DNA of 50,939 nucleotides from Nemertoderma westbladi (taxonomy: Eukaryota; Animalia; Xenacoelomorpha), in NCBI GenBank assembly GCA_032718475.1, contig JAUCBJ010001190.1, forward strand, positions 1 through 50,939, written 5' to 3'. Position 1 is the stretch's first letter. The number at the start of each line of letters is the position of its first letter. The notes under the pieces are model-generated. The model saw only the letters and a program-made list of their open reading frames with translations. It was not told the origin of the DNA and made no database searches. This document shows positions 34,559 to 44,440 of the stretch, piece by piece. A program made the position numbers and the translations under genes.

Positions 34559-37500
34559 CTGAAATATTGTTATATTTTGATGTATTAGTGGCCTAAATTA
34601 TACCGCATAAGGTTGAAACTTGAAACAAGCTTAATAATATTTGGGTAAAAACAAATTTAGAGACAATGAAATTTATATACAGACAATACCTTCAATAAGG
34701 GACTATCCTTAAATTGCGTAACGCGTGAGAGGGAGGGGGGGGGGGGGGGGGGGGGTGGTCAAAAATCGTCTAAAATACCGTCACTAAATTTAAGGATGAC
34801 TCCTAATGACTCCTGTTTGACTCACTTTCTCTTATAAATAGCGCAGATAATGGCAAGAATGAGTATTATCCAAGATGCTACCGCTATCCCAACCATAATT
34901 CCCCAATGACTTTCCAATTCTGCCTCTGTGCCCGCTACTACCTGGTCTACAACACCGTTGTCACTCAGTGCGTTATTGAGTGTGTCTTCTAGATCATTCT
35001 TCATCTCCGAGATTTTGTTTTCTTTCACGTTGATTTTTGAGACTACCCAGAGCTGACTGGTCTTCCTCTTTTGAACAATGCATTCCCATTGTCCGATATA
35101 TGTTGCTTCCATGGCAGGAATGGAATACGACATATCCTGGGGGAATATTATTTATTATTATATATACTTCTGGTAGCTTCACAACAACTTGTTGTGGTTT
35201 TTCTACTGCAGACATAGACTATGTGTGTTAGCGGATCCAGTCCACTATGCGCTCCCATTACAAAGTGGAGCGGGTGCCAATTTACCAATATTGGCCGTAA
35301 GAAACATCAGGCTAGTAAGTGAGTTAAACTCACTTACAGCAAACCCAAAACCCAATATAGCTCGGCAGGGGGATAAGCGTGATATTGCAGCCAATGAGCA
35401 GGGTGTATCAACTCTAAGGCTACCATATTGGTACGATTATCAATTCCCAGTTGTCGGTCAGCTGACGGTCAGTCGGAAGGCCGAACCCTTCATAGGGCGG
35501 CAGTTAATTTAACCCACAGAGGGTGATACGTTTTGTATAATCGTATCATATAGGCTACAGTACAACATCGGCTACCGGTCTAGTATCTTCAGTCAGTGCA
35601 ATCGACAATTTCATTATATTGACGCCACAGTTATTAACTATATCCGCTTTTCTGTACCTGACCCCCGACAACAATCTGTGTATTGCTAAGTTAATAAGAA
35701 AACTAACCCCAGCATCAACCTATAACATCCGCCGCGCCAACCTCCCTCCCGTCACAATGTGGGTGGCCTGGTCTGGTCACTCATTCAGTGGTCACTCTTC
35801 TCACATAGACCAGACAGGTATTCAGTAGTTATTCCACCAAAGAGTGGCCGTTGTATTACTTGTATTATACTCACAGATTTTTCAGTCTTTTTATCTCCTA
35901 TAAGTTTAGGTCGCTTTATTTTGACCCCATCCTGGACCCAGTAGACTTCAGTGTCTGCCAAGTAATGAACCAATGATTGACTTGGGCATTTTAATATCAA
36001 CGGCTGACCAACATCAAGTGATACCGTGACAGATACTGCAAAATAATTTCATTAAATTTGGTTTAGCTTATCAAAAACAAATGTAATGTAATTAACAAAA
36101 GATTGGCAAGTGAATAATGAATTGTTCTTGTCTCTCCTATTTCACTCTATTTTAATTAATCCGTTAGGTTATGACACTTAAAACCCTGCCGTTAGTAAAT
36201 AGTAAAGAAAAAGATTAAGTGTCATGGGACTTTAAGAAAATCCATGTTTTTTTTTATTATACTCAACAAACCATATTAACGATACCGACACTATTCAATA
36301 CAAATTAATAGCAATATTAATTTGACTACAATAATTATTTAAATAACATTTAAATTAGTTATACTTAACTTATCTTAGGAAACATACCAGTGATCAAGTA
36401 GCAATCCAAAGTTTCTGTTTTGTTCACCGCCCAGTTAATGTGATATACGTATATGCCATTGTTTTTTTCTTGAGCTTTTTCTATCAATAGTTTGTTTATC
36501 CAATGGTAATCGCCTTTGAATTTTAAAAAAGAAACTATTTGCTGTTATGAACTATTTGCAATGTAACTTTATTGCAAGAGTTATATTTTCGATTTGTTCG
36601 ACATAATATATCGACAAATATTCGATACAAACCAAATAGGTTCAGCGAAATTCCAGGAAGATCTTACTGTACAATTAATATTTTTCTTTATAATGTAATA
36701 TATATTCTAGAACATCTCTAATTCGATCCTAATTCTTCACTATACTGCACTCTATGATTTGCTTGAACAGCCAATTACAATAATTACCAACTTCATACAA
36801 TTATGCCAACTCCAAATCATCGACGTCCAACATTTGAACTGAAGTTTCATAATATAATTAATACATTGGTAATTTACGGTTCGACTATTTAGAGCGGCAT
36901 TAGAACAGGTACTCCTATATAGGTGTCCATGCTGGGCTCTAACTGCTGAGGACACCAAATCTCTGGATAGTAACAATGTGTTGGCAAGCTGTATTTTTCG
37001 AGGTGTTTGTTATTATACATTTTATTATAAGAAGGGATCTAGGGGTCTTAACCTCGAATGATAAGTTTATTTTACCGAAAATAACTTATCTTTTATTGGC
37101 GCAATTGTAGGACTAATCCCATCACATGCGTACTTTTTAACCGGGTAGTGTACAAATTTAGGAATCGCGTAATTTTTCTTGAAATTAATATCTCATATCT
37201 CTCCAAACCACGTACGCGTTTCGACCTTACTGGGTCTCATCAGCGTGGTGTCGGATTCGAACCTGGGACCTCGAGGCGGAAGCCGAGACTACAACCACTA
37301 GGCCACAGGTTCTTGAGATATGGAGTATTAATTTCAAAGACAGCTGCCATTTTATTAGCCCCTGATTTTTGATTATTGATAGTAACAATGTGTTGGCAAG
37401 CTGTATTTTTCGAGGTGTTTGTTATTATACATTTTATTATAAGAAGGGATCTAGGGGTCTTAACCTCGAATGATAAGTTTATTTTACCGAAAATAACTTA

Positions 37501-40500
37501 TCTTTTATTGGCGCAATTGTAGGACTAATCCCATCACATGCGTACTTTTTAACCGGGTAGTGTACAAATTTAGGAATCGCGTAATTTTTCTTGAAATTAA
37601 TATCTCATATCTCTCCAAACCACGTACGCGTTTCGACCTTACTGGGTCTCATCAGCGTGGTGTCGGATTCGAACCTGGGACCTCGAGGCGGAAGCCGAGA
37701 CTACAACCACTAGGCCACAGGTTCTTGAGATATGGAGTATTAATTTCAAAGACAGCTGCCATTTTATTAGCCCCTGATTTTTGATTATTGATAGTAACAA
37801 TGTGTTGGCAAGCTGTATTTTTCGAGGTGTTTGTTATTATACATTTTATTATCCTAGACCCCTTAACCGTTAAGACCGTTAAGACCCCTAGATCCCTTCT
37901 TATAATAAAATCTCTGGATGGCACATTCACAAGAATGCTACGCCGGGTTCATTGTGACAAGTACAATGCACACATCTCCAACGAGTATATAACATTGGAG
38001 GTGTCTCATTGGTACCCCCAAGCTTGACACTAGAACAAAATCGCCTCCGCTTTGCAGGACATTGCTTTCGCCGTGAGGACCAGCCAGTGCATAATCTTGT
38101 ACTTTGGCAGCCTCATGGAGTGAATAAGCATGGTGGACAGCCCATTTCGCACACTTCGCCGGGAGGCCTGGCGGCGTGAGGCCGTATCGCAGCGCGAGGT
38201 TGTCGCGGAACACCTCTGGGGCCAGGTCGGTGTTATCGACGACGTAAGGCTGCGCCGACAGCCACCCACACGTCTTGTGGGACACCGTACGGTCGACAGT
38301 TCGGCGCCTTTCGGCAGGGACGGAATGGACTGCGGACTCCATAGCTGCCTTATAGGCAGCGTCCTGGGCGACGCGACTCGCAGCCAATGCGGAGACAGGA
38401 CGGACTGAGTGGTCGACGACGATTTGGTTGGGAAATAGCTCAGTTATGGGCATTGGAATGTTGCATGTATTTGCTTCCGCTGCAGGCCATTTTTTATATT
38501 TAATAAATACACAAATATTTTTACATATTTGGAATCCTTGCATGGCCAGCTTTCCATTGGTACCAACAAACAGCTATAAGGTTGAAGAATAACTGCGGTG
38601 TAACTGGTGCAAAATCGACGGAGACACTTTTTTCAAACGCTTGTAGCTAAAGGATGAAAGCGAAAATAAAAATTCTGGCTCACCCAGCAAGGAGGAGGTA
38701 TAGGTGCAAAACTATCTCTGTTTCAAATTTCATGCAATCGAATTTGTAGTCGAATTTGGGGGGGGGGGGGGGTGGCACTGAATTACGACACTATATTCCA
38801 GAACATGGTTGCCAACTTCTATAGAATTTATATCAATTAAACAGATCTCCTATTGGTTGATTATTCGCTATTTGCTGCGTTATATTGACGAAAATGTGTT
38901 TTTTTAATGTGTTTTTTTGTGATTTTATTTTTATTTTTTATTTTTTACATAATGATTAGCTAGTAGAGTTGTAATTAAAATGATTAGCTCATTAGATTTT
39001 TAATTAAAATATGTTACTGAGTCACTTTTCAGTTAATAGTTTGCTTTTATCAGGTCAATTAGATCAAGAAACGGTGTCTCGACATGAAGTCCACGCCATC
39101 TGAACTCCCCTAAGTGATTTTCAATGTTTGCCACAGCACTTTTATTTCGATGCATAATTGCGAATTTAGCATGGCGCCACATCCCTTCTATACGTTGGGT
39201 ATTAGCCCCGGTTGCTGGGTTCACAAAACGCCCCTTTCCCTTGGTAGCATGCTTCACTTTGAGGTGCGTGTAGCCCCCATTTCCATCGCTGCACTGCCAC
39301 TGATCCCTCCTGTTCATGATACCAACTCGCCGACCGCAATATGCTGACCATTCATCTGACATAATTGTCGTTCCACCTTTGATATGGCGTTCAACAATCG
39401 GTCGTAGTGTTTCTGTGTCACGTCGCTGCACATGGAACATTCGCATGTCGACTGATTTATCAGCTCTTTTATGGACTAGCCCAAAAATCCATGGCCCATC
39501 AACAACTGCTCGTCCATAATTCCTTGCAGCGCTGATGTAATCTCCTTTCAGCTTCCTCCCGCGCTTATATTTCCTCCGACCCCAAAACAGTGATTCATCG
39601 ATTTGAATCGATTCTCCTGGGCCGCCCATTGGGTCTGCCTCCTTCATGTCCTTGTACATTAATTCACGTTCAAAGTTGGCCCAATCAATCATCGTGTGAT
39701 CATTGATGTAACCAACTATTCCACCAAGTAGACGGTGAGTTACCTTCATAGTTGTTTCTATGATGAAGAAGAACATCAGCCAGAGAATTTGCTTTACCAA
39801 TAGATTTGAGTTGTTTGCAAACCATGTTTCAACACGTGCAGACCGGCGATGCCTCTTTGGAGAACTGCAGAGCCACATCAGACGTGGAAAACAGTGTCTA
39901 GGTTACAATCTTGTTCAATTTGTGCGTCATCTTTCGGAAGTAGACCAACTCGTTGCATGAATTTTATAGCATTACCTGCATCTCCAATCTGAGAAACCAA
40001 CTCTTCCACGTTCGGATCATGCCGATTAGGTCTAGGATAGTGGTGTCTTATATCACCGCCACCACCTGCCATTTTATAGCTAGTCGTATAAATATAAAAT
40101 AAACGCACTTAAGAATGTGTAAAACAAAATAATACAAATTAAAAATGTTCCAGAAAAACCAACGTTATTAAATCACAAAAAAAAACACATTTTCGTCACC
40201 CGGGCCACAGTAGTACCTGGCACGTTATGCTAACCAAAACAAACATTAAACAATGTGTGCGACAATCCCCCTGCCTGTGATAACTCAGGAGTTGAAGTGC
40301 TAATTCGATGTGTTTACGGTAAGGTCAAGTAATTAACAACCCCAACCCATCTTATAATTAAACTTGAAATTGGCGCTATTGATGTATTATTGTATTGATT
40401 GACCAGAAATTAACTTACTTTTTTTGGGTCCCTTTTCATGACTATTTATTGATGATATATTTCTGCCATTATGCGTCCAGTAAGCATATTTGTATGACAT

Positions 40501-41352
40501 CAACATATAAATATTTTCTATCTTAATTTTTCTTTCAATTACAATTTTCTCATTCTCTTTTACCACGATGTTGTGTTCAACGTTATTTAATGTGCTGCAC
40601 TTTACGACACGAATTGATTTCAAAAGTACCTTCTGGACATTTGTAAATATGTCCAATAGTTTTCCATGGTCAGTTTCTCTAATAGTTACTACATCTTTCC
40701 ATGCCGTGTTCCTTGATGTTTCATCTTTCTTCGTGTCGGGTTCTTTTTCAACCTGTCCACTACTTCCATCTCTCATCCGGGTTATTCCTTGTTTAACATT
40801 ATATTTCGGATGCTCATGAGCAACACTGTTAATTAAAGAGCGTCCGATTGTATTATCACTGTTGGTTTTATAATTAGTTTCTGTCCCACGATTAATTAAT
40901 TTACTGTTTTTCAGTAATCTTACTTCGTTATCCATTGAAGACATGTAAGAGAATTTCGTCCCGTTCTTGTCTTGTATCTCAAATCCCATATCGACATTTT
41001 CATCTTCTGGTATCTCAAATCCAATGCTATTTGTATTTTCGGTTTTATTGCCGTGAGATGCGCTTAAAATTATTTCTGTTTTTGAATCCAATGCTCGTTT
41101 CTCTGGTTTCCTACCGAGCGGAGTGTGGGGGTCTTGATTTCCCAGGACGATATGATTATCCTTCGTGTGTTGCTTCCCCGTAGAAGAATGCGTTATTCTT
41201 TCGTTTTGTTTTCTTACCGATGATATTATATTTACACGATCTGAGTGTCTTTCCTCTAACCTGTTCGGCTGACATGCTATTTTCAGATGAAATAATGTTA
41301 ATGTTATAATTATAGCTGCTAAATTAACGTTATACATTTCTTTTGTAATCAT
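34507..41352 (-). CDS. Nested antisense gene: 527-aa type I membrane protein with two Ig-like domains
   Basis: complement(join(40419-41352,36388-36513,35875-36035,34826-35136,34507-34558)) is 1584 nt, all GT-AG, phases 1,1,0,2 consistent, no stops. It has a signal peptide (LAAIIITLTLFHLKIAC), polar stalk, Ig1 (YWTHNG...LLIEKAQEKNNGIY), Ig2 (GQPLILKC...VYWVQDG...GQWECIV), TM (WGIMVGIAVASWIILILAIICAIY) and tail KRKKQPTKSDRGERDSLLN. Confidence 0.85.
34826..35136 (-). CDS. Ig-TM gene exon 4 (end of Ig2, transmembrane helix)
   Basis: CCCCAG|DMSYSIPAMEATYIGQWECIV...AIICAIYKR|GTGAGT. Confidence 0.85.
35875..36035 (-). CDS. Ig-TM gene exon 3 (start of Ig2)
   Basis: TTTGCAG|(V)SVTVSLDVGQPLILKCPSQSLVHYLADTEVYWVQDG...KTEKS|GTGAGT. 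Confidence 0.85.
36388..36513 (-). CDS. Ig-TM gene exon 2 (end of Ig1)
   Basis: TTCAAAG|(S)DYHWINKLLIEKAQEKNNGIYVYHINWAVNKTETLDCYLIT|GTATGT; the acceptor is a weak AAG, so the 5' edge is less certain. Confidence 0.75.
37207..37249 (-). ncRNA. Type I minimal hammerhead ribozyme, copy 3
   Basis: Exact reverse complement of 14711-14753. Confidence 0.92.
37619..37661 (-). ncRNA. Type I minimal hammerhead ribozyme, copy 4
   Basis: Exact reverse complement of 14711-14753. Confidence 0.92.
38146..38420 (-). mobile_element. GC-rich fragment of a CRE-like non-LTR retrotransposon
   Basis: GWLSAQP...LAPEVFRDNLALRYGLTPPGLPAKC resembles the WL..P...FRD.L.LRYG..P..LP..C segment that precedes the zinc knuckle of CRE-clade elements (from memory). 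Confidence 0.65.
38422..38760. repeat. Dispersed repeat, copy 2 (see 2012-2335)
   Basis: Direct match from ~38513 onward; the first ~60 bp is inverted relative to copy 1. Confidence 0.85.
38886..40198 (-). mobile_element. Merlin (IS1595/ISXO2-like) DNA transposon
   Basis: Inverted ends TGACGAAAATGTGTTTTTTT (38886-38905) and AAAAAAACACATTTTCGTCA (40179-40198) enclose a DDE transposase. No TSD seen. Confidence 0.85.
39033..40072 (-). pseudogene. Merlin/ISXO2-like DDE transposase, frameshifted near 39880
   Basis: GGPGESIQIDES, WIFGLV, TIMSDEWSAY, VKH...FVNP.TGANTQRIEGMW. The N-terminal part (from ATG 40072) is in a different frame. Confidence 0.88.
40419..41352 (-). CDS. Ig-TM gene exon 1 (signal peptide, stalk, start of Ig1)
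   Basis: A 311-codon open frame in very AT-rich DNA, ending GPKK-A|GTAAGT. Confidence 0.85.
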
Positions 41353-41805
41353 GGTAGCTATTCCCTCCGACTCTAGTTTACATTTTCTTCATATTTTAGT
41401 TGCCAAAGATACTTTGATATATTAATCCCCAAATTAATTATAACTATCTGTTTGAATATTGCTACTTTTCAAAAAAAAAACATTTAAAAAAATTCTAGAA
41501 CAAACAAATTAAGAACATTTAAAAAATGTTTTATACGTCATTGTTCATAAAGTAGCACTTTATAGCGTTACGGCTCGAGGGATTTTGTTTCCCGAGCGAC
41601 AGCGTCGTTTCCCGAACGACCGCGAGGGAGATAATAGAATGAGGGCCGTAAAAACTTTAAAGTGCTAATCTAATGATGTCCAATGGCGAATCTAATTTTT
41701 TTTATTTGCGAGGAATTATTTGTAGTTATGCACTTAAACTTTCTAGAACAACCTATTAATGTCGCGGTGACATACTGGGTATATTGGATATACTGGAAAT
41801 ACATA

Positions 41806-42099
41806 GGCCTGTGTACACGTGGCAACTTTTAGAGCAACTTTCTCGGCAACTTGTAGAGCAACCCAGGTTGCCGATCAAGTTGCTCCGTGTAAACACGTAA
41901 AAAAGTTGCTGTAAAAGTTTCTCAACTTTTACGGCAACTTGAAGGAATTTGCGTTGGCGAATTAAAGCGAGATAATCAAATTAAATTATCATAAACTAGC
42001 TGTAGATAAAATGACCCACTATTTTACAGTCAAACTAGCCAAGTTGCTCTAAACGTTGCCGGCCAAGTTGCTGGTAAAGTTGCCACGTCTAAACAGGCC
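41806..42099. mobile_element. PIF/Harbinger-type MITE
   Basis: GGCCTGTGTACACGTGGCAACTTT ... AAAGTTGCCACGTCTAAACAGGCC with ATA/TTA flanks and internal GCAACTT/AAGTTGC repeats. Confidence 0.75.
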
Positions 42100-42370
42100 T
42101 TAAGCCAAGAAAGCATAAGCTTATTGAACCTGTTCATACACAATAATATATGTATGTATGTAAGATTCACTGTACACCAAATTAATTACACAAATTTTAC
42201 AACCGAAAATAAAAGAATGGGAAACTAAACTAAGCGTCGCACTAACTATTTCCATACTTGTGTGTAAAGTAGCACTTTACAGTGTGATGATCCGAGTGGC
42301 TTTGTTAAACGAACGAACGTTAGTGAGTGAGTGAAAATAAAGCCACGAGGATCAGGTACATTGCAATAAG

Positions 42371-43100
42371 TATGTATGTAGGTTTATTCCAAAATTTTAA
42401 CATTACGAAATGATTGTACATATAGATTATAAGTGATAGAAACTGCACAAATTATATTAGTTGCTGTATAAATAAATGTAAAAATGACATAAATTATGTT
42501 ATAAATAAGTTAGCAGCTTATATTTATGGTGGGGTGTGGAGCCATATTATAATAGGAAAAGTACAAATTAAAATTTACCCGAACAAAATGGCCAATCTTA
42601 TAAAAACAATAAGACATTAAAATTTACCCAAACAAAGTGGCCAATCTTATACAAACAATAATACAGAGATTGAGATCAATGTGTGAAGAATATAATCTAA
42701 AAATAGTCCCGTGTATATATCTACAGTATAATCAGACAAAATAGAAATTACACAAACTCAAATTGAGATCACCAAAAAAAATTAATTAATAATTAATTAA
42801 TTATATAATATTAAAATAAATGAAATTAAAAATGAAATAAAAATAAAAATGTGAACCAATCTAGAGTAGATCTAACGAATGTAATAATGTAAGTTTGTAG
42901 TTGGCTTTATAAGTTACTAAGGAAGTGAGTGTGGAAGGGATAACGCCTATGTCTACCACGAGGGAGTGAACTTCAGGGGTAGGTTATGGCAGTGATCGTT
43001 TAGGCGTGATATGAAGATATTCAATGATGAGGACGATACGACCATATCACTTAGGGAGTTCCAAGGGTCTATGACTCTGAAGTGGAAGGTTTGAGTTTCG
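42371..43100 (-). mobile_element. CR1-type LINE 3' fragment
   Basis: FHFRVIDPWNSLSDMVVSSSSLNIFISRLND matches the CR1 ORF2 C-terminus; AATAAA plus a (TACA)n tail at ~42371-42388. Confidence 0.7.
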
Positions 43101-44213
43101 CTGTAGGAGGCGTAGGGACATACTGAGAAATAATGTCGCACTGCGATATAAAACTGGAAAATATGTCGCCCTGGCGATTTGAAGTGCGAAATTAATTCCA
43201 TACAAATAAATATAATATCTAATGTGATGTGATGAAATATATATCTTTTTGTAATGTGTGATGATTAATCTTTGACTAGTCGCCCTAGCGACTGGAGAAC
43301 TGTTGAGACACTCATTCAAATTATATTTCAGACTTTCGTCTTGTGTACCAGGTTTGGTTTAATTTCATCAAAATAGTTATTAGTCTTTAAACGTTTGCCG
43401 AATTATTATAGCCTATGAAACTGGGTGATTTCATTGTCCTATCATTGCCCAATGGCCATTAATAATTGAGCAGAAACATATTGTAATGTCAGCCACAGAG
43501 CTTACCTATACTTCGAAAACAAATTGTATGCCGAAAATGTTGTAGAGCTATTTCATAGCAATGGCATCAGACACCATATTTTGAATCATATTTAGGGCAA
43601 TCGTAATGTTGGTCACACGAGACAAATCTCTGTTGCAGATGTCACGTAACTTATAGATACTGAAAGTATTTGAATTAGTTCAGCCATTCCATATGTGGAA
43701 TTTTTTCTTCTGATTTTAAGAAACAACCTGGAATTTAAGATTTATTCTTTAACTTTTAGGAAAAATGCGCAATGATGTTAGAATGCTATCTTGGACTTCC
43801 AAGTAAATATTTTACATAGTGAAGCGACAACTTATAAGAAAAATAATAAAATAATATACGAACATAATAAAAACAAACTTTGGTACCGGTATCACATTAC
43901 AGGTTATCAAGATATTATTATTATTATCTAACTGGTCTATTATAAGTGACATACTCAGGTAGTCACACATAGAGATACTCAGACATCCTCGGAAGTTAGT
44001 GCAGCAGTTTATATAATGATTGTTTATTCTCTAAGTTCGTTATTAATCCATTTGTAATATATTTCTAGAGTTAATTAATCTATTTATGGTGTCTAGAACT
44101 TCATATCTTCAAGAGGCAGTTACAGGTTCCTCACTGGTAGTAGCTACATCTTACTTTCGCATTCTCCAATAATCTCCTTCCAGTGTGATATAAAGCTGCT
44201 TTAAGCTCTCGGT

Positions 44214-44265
44214 TTATTCCAATAAAGAGTCACTCTCTTCAGGATCCGGTTTAGTTTCTTGTTTC
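44214..44265 (-). CDS. Last coding exon of a paralogous Ig-TM gene (upstream exons not found in window)
   Basis: TTTCAG|G-KQETKPDPEESDSLLE*; same length and phase as 34507-34558, and the 3' flank is alignable too. Confidence 0.75.
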
Positions 44266-44440
44266 CTGAAATATATATTTCGAGACTGAGACGAATTGAC
44301 AAACTTTATAAATTTTGCATTCAGAAGTTATGTACATACTTTTGCGTAAAGTTGCACTTTACGTGAGCCAAGTGGTTTGTTACCCGGAGGAACATAGTGA
44401 GTGAGAGTGAAGCGTCTCGAGGTCGGAACAACACTGAGAG

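Larger units (their letters stand above)
36969..37907 (-). mobile_element. Retrozyme-like array 2: ~2.1 monomers of 412 bp plus an inverted, scrambled 5' fragment
   Basis: 412-bp period; TSD AAATCTCTGGAT at 36957-36968 and 37908-37919; inverted piece at ~37852-37907. Confidence 0.88.
36876..38145 (+). mobile_element. Third RTE-like LINE fragment, interrupted by retrozyme array 2
   Basis: 36876-36968 and 37908-38145 match the reverse complement of ~7085-7400. Confidence 0.85.

Noticed and set aside
35137-35874. ORFs 35189-35512 and 35619-35828 and hairpin GTAAGTGAGTTAAACTCACTTAC in Ig-gene intron 3
   Set aside because: No recognisable motifs or termini; probably an old repeat fragment. Left unassigned.
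37938-38543. 201-aa ORF as a gene
   Set aside because: A chimera spanning three unrelated repeat fragments (dispersed repeat, CRE-like piece, antisense RTE).
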